From contig JAQBPH010000262.1 of NCBI GenBank assembly GCA_028287625.1, positions 1 to 38,902 on the forward strand: a stretch of DNA of 38,902 nt, written 5' to 3'. The notes below the pieces were generated by a model that was given only the letters and a program-made list of their open reading frames with translations, was not told the origin of the DNA and ran no database searches. The stretch is from Chloroflexota bacterium (GTDB taxonomy: Bacteria; Chloroflexota; Dormibacteria; Aeolococcales; Aeolococcaceae). Positions 9,193-18,691 of the stretch are shown here, piece after piece. How positions within the stretch are numbered: the first letter of the stretch is position 1; every line of letters begins with the position of its first letter. The translations under genes were made by a program, and so were the position numbers.

Positions 9193-10314
9193 CTACACCG
9201 TCGCCAGCTGCCGGGCGCCGAGGTCGGCCCGGACCTTGGCGGCGCCGTCGGCCAGGGCACGCAGCTTGCTGGCCGCGATCATCCGCGGCAGGTTGATGAG
9301 CCCACAGTCGGTGCTCAGCCCCAGCCGCTCGGCCGGAACGGTCTCGAGCACCTTGTGGATCCGATCGGCGACCTCGTCCGCCGTCTCGGTGATCGTCGAC
9401 TTCACGTCGATGATGCCGGCGACGAAGTCCTTCGACCATCCATGCTCCCGAAGCGGCTTGAGGTCGTCCACGCCGGTACGGCCGACCTCGTAGTTCAGCG
9501 CCGAGATGTTGGCGCCGAGCACCGTGGGGAAGAGCGCCTGGGCGCGCTCCGGGGCCGCCGCCGCGGTGGGCCGCCGGTCCAGCACCCAGGCGCCGAACTC
9601 CTTCTCCTGCTCGTCGGGGAAGTAGCCCGGCGTGCCCGAGTAGTTGCCCCAGCAGGTGTGCACCCAGAACTGGCAGCCCACCCCCTCGACGGCACGGTTG
9701 AGGACCTCCACCTCCCAGTCGCCCATGCCGTAGGGCCAGACGAACTCGTCGAGCTGGATGATGTCACACCCGTTGTCGGCAAGCTCCTTGAAGTCCTCGT
9801 TGTAGGCCCTGGCAATGGCCAGTGCGAGCTCCTTGGTCTCCTTGTAGAAGAGGTCGTTGCTGGCCAGGGCCAGGACCTGGATGCCGGTGTAGGAGATCTT
9901 CACCGGCTTCCGGGTCGCCTTGCGCACCGCGCGCAGGGTGGCCATGTGGAAGGGATGCTCGCGCCGCACCTCGCCGACCACCGTGGGCGCGAACAACGTC
10001 GAGTAGATGGGCAGACCGATGGGCGGCCCGCTCAGCTTGTAGCCGGTCATCCGCTCCACGTAGTGGTAGAGAATGGTGCCGTAGGGCGAGTCCCCGCCGT
10101 AGACGCGCCCGTCACTGATCACGTCGAGGCCGGCCACCTCCTGATCTCGGACGATGGCACCGACCGCGTCCTCCAGGGCCTCGCGGCTGATCGCGTCGTA
10201 GATGAACTCCCCCTTGGGGTACGTGGCGAAGCCGTGACCGTCGTACCACCGAGGGTTGGGGTAGTTGCCGACCATGGCAGTGGGCAGCAGCACCTCGTTC
10301 GATCCGACCCGCAT
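9193..10314 (-). CDS. MetE-like (cobalamin-independent methionine synthase C-terminal family) Zn thiol alkyltransferase; candidate epoxyalkane:CoM transferase by context
   Basis: 373 aa from MRVGSNEVLLPTAMVGNYPNPRWY, with strong SD (AGGAGGAGG) upstream of ATG 10314. Zn-ligand pattern H-x-C in WVHTCWGN and distal Cys in LSTDCGL. Confidence 0.75.
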   Translation of the reverse strand: MRVGSNEVLLPTAMVGNYPNPRWYDGHGFATYPKGEFIYDAISREALEDAVGAIVRDQEVAGLDVISDGRVYGGDSPYGTILYHYVERMTGYKLSGPPIGLPIYSTLFAPTVVGEVRREHPFHMATLRAVRKATRKPVKISYTGIQVLALASNDLFYKETKELALAIARAYNEDFKELADNGCDIIQLDEFVWPYGMGDWEVEVLNRAVEGVGCQFWVHTCWGNYSGTPGYFPDEQEKEFGAWVLDRRPTAAAAPERAQALFPTVLGANISALNYEVGRTGVDDLKPLREHGWSKDFVAGIIDVKSTITETADEVADRIHKVLETVPAERLGLSTDCGLINLPRMIAASKLRALADGAAKVRADLGARQLATV

Positions 10315-10387
10315 GGCTCTCCTCCTCCTGGTGACCTGGCTGGGTTCGACCCTCACACCATAGGCAGGAGCCATGGCGCCGACGCCG

Positions 10388-12520
10388 TCACCGACAGACG
10401 AAGTTCGTCGCAGGACCTCGTCGTGGCCGGACAGTTTTTGCGACGTCGATGCGCCAGTCCACGGCGATGCAGCCCCGCGGTGTGGCGAGCACCGGGTTGA
10501 GGTCGACTGCGATCACCTCGGGGACCCCGACCAGGAGATCGCCGACGGCGGAGACCAGCGAGGCCAGCGCATCCAGGTCCACCGCCGCCGCGCCCCGGAC
10601 GCCGGACAGGACGGCGAATCCGCGCAGCCGGCGCAGGAGCGCGAGCGCGTCCCGGCCGTCGAGCGGTGCCAGCCCGAAGGCCACGTCGTCGAGCACCTCC
10701 ACGAGGACGCCACCCAGGCCGACCATCACCGCCGGACCCAGCTCAGCGTCCCGCAGGCCGCCGACGATGACCTCGACTCCACGCTCCTGCCGCTGCACCA
10801 GCACCTGGGTGCCGGGTCGCAGGAGGAGAAGGTCGGCGGTGGCGGCCGCCAGGGCGGTCGCGTCCACGAGCCCGAGACGCACCCCGTGCGCATCGCTCTT
10901 GTGGAGCAGCGCGGGGTGGATCGCCTTCGCCACGACCGGGTAGCCCATCGCCCCGGCCGCGGCGAGCGCCCCCTCCGTGCTGTCGCACAGCGCGGACTCG
11001 ACGAGCGGCACGCCGGCGACGCGGAGGAGCCGGTCCGCCTCGATGGGCGGCAGCACACCGGGCGGAAGCGGGCCGATCCCCGCCGGTCGTGGCCGGGACA
11101 CCGCGGGCGGGCGCACCGTGTGCCGTGCCTGTGCGTAGCGGGCGGCGTGGCCCACCGCCCGTGCGGTCCGCTCCGGCCATTCGAAGCAGGGCACCCCCGC
11201 CGCCTGGAGGAGGTCCGCGTTGGCCCGCGCCGCCCGGGGCGCCACCCAGCACACGTAGACGGGGACGTCGACGGAGTCGGCGCGCAGCCGCAGCGTCGCG
11301 TCGCGCACCGCGTCCGCGCCGCGCTCGTCGATGGCCGAGCGGTGGAGGAGGACGGGCACCACGATGTCGACCTCACCGGAGCGGGCGATGCGGTCGATCA
11401 GCAGCGGGTAGAGCTCGGTGTAGCGATGCCAGACCGGGGTCATGTCCACCGGATTGGTGGTGCTGCCCAGGGGCGGCAGGACGGCACGCAGCTCCGCCTG
11501 CAGTGCGGAGGAGAGCTCAGGGGTCTGCAGGCCCTCGTCGGCGAGCAGGTCTGTGAGCTCGACGCCGGTGCCGCCCGAGTTGGTGATGATGGCCACCCGC
11601 GGGCCCGGAGGCCAGGGGTGCGCGGCGAGCGCCCGGGCGGTGTCGAGCATCTCCAGGCCAGAGCGTGCCTCGACGATGCCCGCCTGGGCGAATGCGCCCG
11701 CGGTGACCGCGTGGGTGCCGGCCAGGGCGGCGGTATGGAAGCGCGCCGCCCGCGCCCCCGCGCTCGACCTGCCCGTCTTGGCCACGATCACGGGCTTCAG
11801 CGGTGTGGTGAGCCTCGCCTCGGTGATGAAGTCGCGGCCGCCGGCCATGGACTCGAGGTAGAAGCAGAGGATGCCGCTGCTCGGATCGTCGCGGAGGTAG
11901 CGGAGCAGCTCGGCATCGCCGATGTCGATCTTGTTTCCGGCGGCGTAGACCTTGGCAAAACGCGTGCCCTCGTCGACGCCGAGGGCGTGGATGGCCATGC
12001 CGTAGGCGCCCGACTGGGTGACCAGGCTGATCTCGCCCCCACCCTCCGCCGAGCCGGTCGCCAGCGAGGCGTTGAGGCCGAGGTCGCAGTTCTGCACGCC
12101 GAAGCAGTTGGGGCCGACCACGCGGACCCCGCCGGCCCGGGCGGCCGCGACGAGCTCGGCCTGCAGCCGGACGCCCTCCGGCCCCGTCTCGGCGAAACCG
12201 CCACTGATGACCACGGCGGCTGTGATGCCGCGGAGGGCGGCATCCCGGATGACCTCGGGGACATCGGCAGCGGGAACGACGACGACGGCGAGGTCGACCT
12301 CGCCGTCGACCTCGCGCAGGCTGGCCACCGCCGGTCGACCGCCCACCATGCCGCCGCCGCGCGTCACCGGGATCACCTCGCCCGGAAATCCTGACAGGTT
12401 GTGCCAGAACGTCTCGCCGATCCTCCCCGGCCGGTCGGAGGCGCCGACCAGTGCGACCCGCCGGGGCTCGAAGACCGCAGCCAGGCCGAGCGGACGCGGG
12501 GCTTCCGGCCTCAACAGCAC
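10388..12520 (-). CDS. ADP-forming (NDP-forming) acetyl/acyl-CoA synthetase, fused alpha-beta type
   Basis: CoA-binding N-terminus FEPRRVALVGASDRPGRIG, then VVGPNCFGV, then the C-terminal ATP-grasp part. The track ORF extends to 13153, but residues before about 12520 are Arg/Pro junk. GTG 12520 overlaps the stop of the upstream fragment ORF. Confidence 0.85.
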   Translation of the reverse strand: MLLRPEAPRPLGLAAVFEPRRVALVGASDRPGRIGETFWHNLSGFPGEVIPVTRGGGMVGGRPAVASLREVDGEVDLAVVVVPAADVPEVIRDAALRGITAAVVISGGFAETGPEGVRLQAELVAAARAGGVRVVGPNCFGVQNCDLGLNASLATGSAEGGGEISLVTQSGAYGMAIHALGVDEGTRFAKVYAAGNKIDIGDAELLRYLRDDPSSGILCFYLESMAGGRDFITEARLTTPLKPVIVAKTGRSSAGARAARFHTAALAGTHAVTAGAFAQAGIVEARSGLEMLDTARALAAHPWPPGPRVAIITNSGGTGVELTDLLADEGLQTPELSSALQAELRAVLPPLGSTTNPVDMTPVWHRYTELYPLLIDRIARSGEVDIVVPVLLHRSAIDERGADAVRDATLRLRADSVDVPVYVCWVAPRAARANADLLQAAGVPCFEWPERTARAVGHAARYAQARHTVRPPAVSRPRPAGIGPLPPGVLPPIEADRLLRVAGVPLVESALCDSTEGALAAAGAMGYPVVAKAIHPALLHKSDAHGVRLGLVDATALAAATADLLLLRPGTQVLVQRQERGVEVIVGGLRDAELGPAVMVGLGGVLVEVLDDVAFGLAPLDGRDALALLRRLRGFAVLSGVRGAAAVDLDALASLVSAVGDLLVGVPEVIAVDLNPVLATPRGCIAVDWRIDVAKTVRPRRGPATNFVCR

Positions 12521-12825
12521 GCGGACGCGACGCCGTGGCCGAAGCGGCGCTCGAGCTCGGCGGGCGCGAACTCCGGCCGGACGCCCTCGCCGACGCGACG
12601 CTCGAAGCCGCGCTGCCGGCGGAAGAAGTCCGGCGGGTGGGAGAGCGGCGCCTCGGGCGAGCCGATGACACCGCTCACCAGGTAGGGAAGCCCGCAGAGC
12701 CCGTGGGCGGCGTGAGCGGTGGCCTCGAGCACGACCACCTCGAGATCGGGGTCGACCCGGCGCGCCGCGGATGCCGCGGACATGCCGGAGGCTCCGCCGC
12801 CGATGACCACGAGCCGCTCGGTCAC
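12511..12825 (-). pseudogene. N-terminal fragment of an FAD pyridine nucleotide-disulfide oxidoreductase (CoA-disulfide reductase/NADH oxidase-like), only about 104 codons
   Basis: GTG 12825 with GGAGG 5 nt upstream. VTERLVVIGGGASGMSAASAARRVDPDLEVVVLE (FAD Rossmann), then LCGLPYLVSG (single redox Cys motif of the CoADR/Nox family). The ORF stops where the NAD domain should begin. Confidence 0.5.
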
Positions 12826-13004
12826 CTCGCCCTCCGCGTGTCGCCTCGCCGGTCGGGGACAGCGACGACGATAGGCGCAGGCAGCCCGGCAGCCCACAGC
12901 TTGGAGAGGGGAAGCAGGCCATCACATTCGTCTGCCCAGGACAGGGTCCGCGCCGGCTCGGGTGCCTAGTCTTGATCGCGTCGACCATCACCGGAGGTGT
13001 GCAC

Positions 13005-13805
13005 GTGTGGGACCGTCCTGACTTCCTCGATCTACCCGAGCGCTCCTGCAAGCCCAGGCGGGGAGGTCTGACCCACGTGCTCGACAAGGGCATGCCGATC
13101 GCCGAGCTGGAGGGCCTCCTGGCGGGGGCGCGCGACGTCGTCGACGTCATCAAGGTGGGCTGGGGGCTCGCCTACATCGACCGCGACATCGACGCCCGCA
13201 TCGCCGCCTGCCACCAGGCCGGGGTGATCGTCTCGCTGGGCGGTACCCTGCTGGAGATCGCGGTGGGACAGGGCCGCCTCACCGAGCTCTGCCGCTGGGC
13301 GAGACTGCATGGCGTCGACGCCCTGGAGGTCTCCAACGGTCTCGGCCGCATCTCCGCCCGCCGCAAGACCGAGCTGGTCGCCGCTCTGGCCGGGGACTTC
13401 GTGGTTCTGGCCGAGGCGGGCAGCAAGGACGGCAACCTCCCGGTCGTCGCCGGGGCCTGGCTCGACGAGATGGAGGCCGACCTCGCGGCCGGTGCCAGCT
13501 GGGTGATCGCCGAGGGCAGGGAGAGCGGCACCGTGGGCCTGTACCGCGCCGACGGCACCGTCCGCGCCCAGCTGGTCGAGGCGATCGCCGCTCGCGTCCC
13601 CGTCGACCGGGTGATCTTCGAGTCCCCGCAGAAGGCGCAGCAGACGTGGCTGATCGAGCAGGTCGGGGTCGATGTCAACCTTGGCAACATCCCGCCGCAC
13701 GAGGTGCTGCCCCTGGAGACGCTGCGTCTGGGGCTGCGGGCCGACACCGCCCACCTGTACCTGCCGGCCCGCGCCGACGAGTCGAGGATCGTGGCGCTGC
13801 GATGA
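13005..13805 (+). CDS. comA: (2R)-phospho-3-sulfolactate synthase (ComA family)
   Basis: DFLDLPERSCKPRRGGLTHVLDKG...DVIKVGWG...GTLLE...LEVSNG...AEAGSKD...VIAEGRESG is the characteristic ComA pattern. GTG 13005 lies 7 nt after GGAGG. TTG 12972 is an alternative start. Confidence 0.88.
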   Translation: MWDRPDFLDLPERSCKPRRGGLTHVLDKGMPIAELEGLLAGARDVVDVIKVGWGLAYIDRDIDARIAACHQAGVIVSLGGTLLEIAVGQGRLTELCRWARLHGVDALEVSNGLGRISARRKTELVAALAGDFVVLAEAGSKDGNLPVVAGAWLDEMEADLAAGASWVIAEGRESGTVGLYRADGTVRAQLVEAIAARVPVDRVIFESPQKAQQTWLIEQVGVDVNLGNIPPHEVLPLETLRLGLRADTAHLYLPARADESRIVALR

Positions 13806-14710
13806 TCCCCGAGCCCGAGCCGAACACCATCACCCGGCCGTACCGAGGGCTCTCGGTGCAGGAGGTCGACGTCGCCCTGCATCCGAGCGAGCTGGTCCCC
13901 TTCCTGCTCGGACGTGAGGTCTACCGCCGCACCCACTACCTCGTGCTCCGCCACGGCGACGGCCATGCCCTGGTGGCGGTGCGCAAGGCGTCGGAGGTGC
14001 CGCTCTTCTCCCCGGTGGTCGCGGCGCGCGTCCTGGCGGGACCGGAGGCGACCGTCTTCGTGCACGAGCCCGACGTCGACGTGGGCAACGCCACCGCCCT
14101 GGCCCGCGCGGCTGCGCGACACGCCCGGGCCGGGGCACGCGCCTACGTCGTGATGGGCCGCTTCGAGCACATCAACTTCATCTGGGAGCCGCGGCCGCTG
14201 CGGGTCACGGTCACGGAGGTGGTGCCTCCCGAGCCCCCCAAGCTGCTCGCCCAGGCGACGCAGGCCGTGGCCTTCGACGAGGACCTGCCCCCGCTCGAGC
14301 TCGAGCTCGAGGCGGTGGACATCCGTGCGCTCGCCCGCACTCACCCGGCCGAGCGCTACCTGCTGCCCTGCCGGGGCTCCGGCGTCGACCTGCCCGCCCC
14401 GGTGAATTTTCTCGACACCCGGCCCGAGACCCGGCGGGACTGGCTGCTCATCGGCTGCGAGCGCTCGCTCCAGTTCCACCGCCACTTCTACGGTGACGAG
14501 CCCGGCCGGGTGGACCTCTGCCCGCGGAACCGCGACCGAGGTGACGGCTCGGCGCTGAGGCTGGTGAAGTGCTGCCTGCTGGAGCGCGGCATCGAGGTCG
14601 AGGGCCGGACCGCGGTCGTCCCCTGGGGGGCCAACCTCGACGAGGTGCGCGCCGCCCTGCGCCGGCTGACGGGGGTCGACTCCGCCGCACCCGCCCGTCA
14701 GGCGGTGTAG
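13802..14710 (+). CDS. Uncharacterised protein, 302 aa, translationally coupled inside the comA operon
   Basis: ATG 13802 overlaps the comA stop (ATGA). Non-repetitive composition. The C-terminal half is Cys-containing (LLPCRG, LIGCERS, DLCPRN, LVKCCLLERG). No family recognised by eye. Confidence 0.7.
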   Translation: MIPEPEPNTITRPYRGLSVQEVDVALHPSELVPFLLGREVYRRTHYLVLRHGDGHALVAVRKASEVPLFSPVVAARVLAGPEATVFVHEPDVDVGNATALARAAARHARAGARAYVVMGRFEHINFIWEPRPLRVTVTEVVPPEPPKLLAQATQAVAFDEDLPPLELELEAVDIRALARTHPAERYLLPCRGSGVDLPAPVNFLDTRPETRRDWLLIGCERSLQFHRHFYGDEPGRVDLCPRNRDRGDGSALRLVKCCLLERGIEVEGRTAVVPWGANLDEVRAALRRLTGVDSAAPARQAV

Positions 14711-14724
14711 AGGAGAGCGCACCG

Positions 14725-16140
14725 GTGGGAGCACACCCGACGGACTCGGCGATCTTCCGCCACCTCTGGGTCACCTCGGAGCTGTACACGCTCCTCGACG
14801 ACCGCGGCCGGCTCCAGTCCTGGCAGGAGATCCTCGCCGCCCTGGCCGAGGCCCAGGCGGAGGTGGGGCTCATCCCCGAGGAGGCTGCCCGGCAGATCCG
14901 CACCCACGCCTCGGTCGACCGTCTCGACCCGGAGCGCGTCGGCGAGCACACCCGGGCCGCGGCACACTCCACCCTGGGCCTGATCCGGTGCATGCGCGAG
15001 GTGCTGCCCGAGCCGGGGCGCACATGGGTCTACTACGGCGCCACCGTCCAGGATGTCTCCGACACCTGGGGCGCGCTGGTCATGCGCGAGGTGGGGCGCG
15101 TCCTGTACCGCGACCTGCGACGCCTGGAGGCGGCGACGCTCGACCTGGCGGAGCGACATCGTGAGACGGTGATGTCGGGCCGCACGCACGGCCAGCCCGG
15201 GCTTCCCATCAGCTTCGGCTTCAAGGCCGCCGTCTGGGCGGCGGAGCTCCGCCGCCACCTCGACCGGCTCGCCGAGGGGCGGCACCGGTGGGAGGTGGTC
15301 CAGCTGGGCGGGGCTCTCGGCACCATGGAGTTCTGGGGCGACCGGTCGCTGCCCCTGCTCCACGCCTTCGCCACCCGCCTCGAGCTCGGCGTCGCCGAGA
15401 TCACGTGGCTGACCGCCCGCGACCGCGTCGCCGAGTTCCTCACCCTTCTGGCCATGGTCACCGCGACCCTGGCCAAGATCGGCAACGAGGTCTACCAGCT
15501 GCAGCGCCCGGAGATCGGCGAGCTGCGCGAACCCTTCAGCCTCGGCGCGGTGGGCAGCATCACCATGCCGCACAAGCGCAACCCCGAGCTCTCCGAGCAC
15601 CTGGGCACCCTCGCCCGGGTGGTCCGCGCCGACGCCGCCCTGGCGCTGGAGGGCATGGTGCACGAGCACGAGCGCGACGGCCGGGCCTGGAAGACCGAAT
15701 GGCTGGCCATTCCTGAGGCGTGCCTGCTCACCGGCGCGGCGCTGGCCCTCGGGGTGCGGCTGCTCGAGGGTCTGGAGGTGGACATCGGCCGGATGTCGGC
15801 CAACCTTCAGGACCGCGGCGGCTATCCCCTGTCGGCGCTGGCCCTGCGCGCCCTCTCCGACCGGCTCGGCAAGCACGCGGCGCACGAGGCGGTGTACCGA
15901 GCCGCGATGCACGGCCTGGAGACGGGGTTGTCGCTGCGCGATGCGCTGCTCGCCGACGCTGAGGTCGCCGCCGCGCTCGAGCCGGCGGCGCTCGATCGTG
16001 AGCTCGATCCCCGCCGGGCCCTGGGCACCGCGCAGGCGATGGTGGACCGCGTCGTCGTGGTCGCCCGCGCCGCCCGAGCAGCCGAGCCCGAGGAGCTGCG
16101 GCCGCTGCACCCCGCGGTGTCGTATGTCCCGAGTCGCTGA
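14725..16140 (+). CDS. Aspartase/fumarase-superfamily lyase, adenylosuccinate lyase / 3-carboxymuconate cycloisomerase-like (XcbC-like candidate)
   Basis: GTG 14725 lies 7 nt after AGGAGAG. Motifs: TVQDVSDT, MSGRTHGQPG and the signature loop GSITMPHKRNP. Confidence 0.85.
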   Translation: MGAHPTDSAIFRHLWVTSELYTLLDDRGRLQSWQEILAALAEAQAEVGLIPEEAARQIRTHASVDRLDPERVGEHTRAAAHSTLGLIRCMREVLPEPGRTWVYYGATVQDVSDTWGALVMREVGRVLYRDLRRLEAATLDLAERHRETVMSGRTHGQPGLPISFGFKAAVWAAELRRHLDRLAEGRHRWEVVQLGGALGTMEFWGDRSLPLLHAFATRLELGVAEITWLTARDRVAEFLTLLAMVTATLAKIGNEVYQLQRPEIGELREPFSLGAVGSITMPHKRNPELSEHLGTLARVVRADAALALEGMVHEHERDGRAWKTEWLAIPEACLLTGAALALGVRLLEGLEVDIGRMSANLQDRGGYPLSALALRALSDRLGKHAAHEAVYRAAMHGLETGLSLRDALLADAEVAAALEPAALDRELDPRRALGTAQAMVDRVVVVARAARAAEPEELRPLHPAVSYVPSR

Positions 16141-17119
16141 CCGCGCCGCCCTGACCGCACCCCGGCTGCGGCTGGGAACGACGCCGACGCCGCTCGAGCC
16201 CGCGCCCCGCCTCTCCCGCGCCGCCGGGGTGGAGATCTGGCTGAAGCGCGACGACCTGAGCGGGCTGGGCCTGGGCGGCAACAAGGTGCGGGCGCTGGAG
16301 TACCTGCTCGCCGACGCCACCGCCCGCGGCGCCGACTGCCTGGTCACCGGTGCGGGCCCGCAGTCGAACTGGGCCATGCTCGCGGCCCTCGCCGCCCGCC
16401 GCTGCGGGCTCGACGCCTTCCTCGTCCTCTACGGGGATCCCTCGCCACGCACCGGCAATCTCCTCCTCGACCACCTCGCCGGTGCCGACGTCCGCTTCAC
16501 CGGCGACCCCGACCGGGCCTCGGTCGACGCGGGCATCTACGCACTGGCGGCCGAGCTCGCCGCCGCGGGCCGGCGCCCCTACCCCCTTCCCCGGGGCGGC
16601 GCGACCGGCCTCGGCGCGCTGGGCTACGTCCGGGCCAGTCTCGAGCTGCTGGGCCAGCTCGAGGATGTGGGCGTCGGCGCCGCGAGCCTCTGGCTGCCCA
16701 CCGGGTCGTGCGGCACCCAGGCGGGCCTGGTCGCCGGGACGCGCTGGCTGTGCCCGGGATACGAGGTGGTCGGGGTGACCGTCAGCCGGCCGGTCGAGGA
16801 GTGCGTCGACCGGATCTCGCGTCTCGCCGCCGAGGCCACCGCCCGGCTCGGACTCGGCGGCGCCCCCACGCGCGACGGCGAGGATGTCAGGGTTCTCGGT
16901 GGCTTCGCCGGTCCCGGATACGGCAGGCCCTCCGCGCAGGGCGAGGCGGCCGCGCGCCTGGTCGCCCGCAGCGAGGGGGTGCTGCTCGACCCGGTCTTCG
17001 GTGCCAAGGCGATGGCGGCCCTGCTCGACGCCGCCGCCTCGGGGCGGGCGGCCGGGCCGCTGGTCTTCCTGGTGACCGGCGGAGCCCCCACCCTGTTCGC
17101 CGGGGAGGCGTCGCTGTGA
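16124..17119 (+). CDS. PLP-dependent ACC deaminase / D-cysteine desulfhydrase family enzyme (XcbE-like candidate)
   Basis: TPLEPAPRLS...IWLKRDDLSGLGLGGNKVRALEYLL (PLP Lys in GGNK) and the C-terminal LDPVFGAKAMAAL. Overlaps the upstream gene by 17 nt. Confidence 0.85.
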   Translation: MSRVADRAALTAPRLRLGTTPTPLEPAPRLSRAAGVEIWLKRDDLSGLGLGGNKVRALEYLLADATARGADCLVTGAGPQSNWAMLAALAARRCGLDAFLVLYGDPSPRTGNLLLDHLAGADVRFTGDPDRASVDAGIYALAAELAAAGRRPYPLPRGGATGLGALGYVRASLELLGQLEDVGVGAASLWLPTGSCGTQAGLVAGTRWLCPGYEVVGVTVSRPVEECVDRISRLAAEATARLGLGGAPTRDGEDVRVLGGFAGPGYGRPSAQGEAAARLVARSEGVLLDPVFGAKAMAALLDAAASGRAAGPLVFLVTGGAPTLFAGEASL

Positions 17120-18645
17120 GTCAGCCGCCGCCCGACGGCTATCTGGGCGCCGAGGCACGGATCCGCTCGGGGCCGGCGCCCGAGCTGGTGGCGGCGGGCT
17201 ACGCGCTGGAGATCGCCGACGCCCGGGTGCTTCACCACGGGCTCACCGTGGCCGACCTGGCTCACGTCCTCGAGCTCGTCGAGGGGGGCGTCATCCCCGA
17301 TGGCGAGGCAACCCGGCTGCTCTCGGCCCTGATCGAGCTGCTCGACGTCGCCCCCGAGGACTTCCCCTACGACCCCGTCTACGGCGACGCCTACAACAGC
17401 CGGGAACGCGAGCTGGAGCGGCAGCTGGGCACCACCGCCGGCTGGCTGCACACGGGCCGGACGCGCCGCGAGGCGGTGCGCATCGCGACCCGCCTCGCCC
17501 TGCGGCGCTGGCTGCTCGACCTGCATCGCGCCACCACCGCACTGGTCGGGGCGCTGGCCGACACCGCGGAGGCACACGCCGAGACGCTCTGGGCCGACAG
17601 CACGTACCTGCAGCCGGCCCAGCCGGCCACCTTCGGCCATTACCTGGGAAGCTTCGCCGAGGAGGCCATGCGCCACCTCGACCGCCTGGAATCGGCCCAC
17701 GGCTGGGCCGACCGCTCCCCCGCCGGGGCCGGGGGGGTGGGCGGCACGCGCATCCCGCTCGACCGGGCGCGGCTCGCCGACCGCCTCGGCTTCGCCGCGC
17801 CGGGCGCGCACACGCGGGACGCCATGTGGGCGACGGACGGACTCGTCGACGCGGTGCTCGCCGGCGTCCAGGCGGTGACCACCGTCGACCGTCTCGCCGA
17901 GGACCTGGAGATCCTCGCCAGCCCCGGCTTCGGGCTGATCGAGCTCGACGCCTCCCTCTGCAGAGCCTCCGTGCTCATGCCCCAGAAACGCAACCCCTAC
18001 GCCCTGGTCGTCATCCGCGGAGGGGCCGGAGTGCTGGTGGGCCGGCTGACCGGGCTGCTGGTCGTCCAGCGCACGCCGTCGGCGCAGACGGACAACTGGC
18101 TCTACGCCTGCGGCGAGGTGGGCGGCGCGCTCACCCTGGCCCGCAACCTCGTCGACCTGGGCGCGGAGGTGGTGCGCACCCTGCGGGTGGACGCCGCGGC
18201 CATGGCGAGGAGCGCGACCACCAATTTCACCGCGGCCACGGACATCTCCGAGGAGATCAGCCTCCGGTCGGAGCTCGACTACCGCTCCGCCTACCGGGTC
18301 GTCGGCCGGGCGGTCGCGGGAGCGCTCGCTCGCGGCGCCTCGAGCCTCGATCCCGCCAGTCTCGACGACGCCGCCCAGGCGGTGATCGGCCGGCCCCTGG
18401 GCCTCGACCTCGCTCACCTGGAGGCGGCCTCCGACCCGCGCCGGGCACTGACCACACGGGGGTGCCAGGGAGGCTCGGCACCCGCCGCGGTCCGCGATCA
18501 CTGCCGGGCGGTGCGATGGCGGCTGGACGCCGCCCGGCGGTGGCGCGCCGAGCTCGACCGGTCGGCGCGGGACGCGGAGGCCCGGCTGGTCGCAGAGGCT
18601 CGGCGCCGGGCCTCGACGCCCGCCGCGGCGCCGGTCGGAGACTGA
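17116..18645 (+). CDS. Aspartase/fumarase-superfamily lyase, argininosuccinate lyase-like (XcbD-like candidate)
   Basis: GTGA overlap with the upstream stop. Motifs: HTGRTRREA, YLQPAQPATFGH and the signature loop LMPQKRNPY. Confidence 0.85.
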   Translation: MSQPPPDGYLGAEARIRSGPAPELVAAGYALEIADARVLHHGLTVADLAHVLELVEGGVIPDGEATRLLSALIELLDVAPEDFPYDPVYGDAYNSRERELERQLGTTAGWLHTGRTRREAVRIATRLALRRWLLDLHRATTALVGALADTAEAHAETLWADSTYLQPAQPATFGHYLGSFAEEAMRHLDRLESAHGWADRSPAGAGGVGGTRIPLDRARLADRLGFAAPGAHTRDAMWATDGLVDAVLAGVQAVTTVDRLAEDLEILASPGFGLIELDASLCRASVLMPQKRNPYALVVIRGGAGVLVGRLTGLLVVQRTPSAQTDNWLYACGEVGGALTLARNLVDLGAEVVRTLRVDAAAMARSATTNFTAATDISEEISLRSELDYRSAYRVVGRAVAGALARGASSLDPASLDDAAQAVIGRPLGLDLAHLEAASDPRRALTTRGCQGGSAPAAVRDHCRAVRWRLDAARRWRAELDRSARDAEARLVAEARRRASTPAAAPVGD

Positions 18646-18691
18646 CCGCAGCGGGCGCGCGCGGCGCAACGAGGGGGCCGGCAGTGCCCGC

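Noticed and set aside
12521-13153. N-terminal 211 residues of the track ORF 10388..13153 (921 aa).
   Set aside because: This part is low-complexity Arg/Pro/Ser sequence. It overlaps the better-supported reductase fragment in another frame and crosses the divergent promoter region. The synthetase homology begins only at about 12520.
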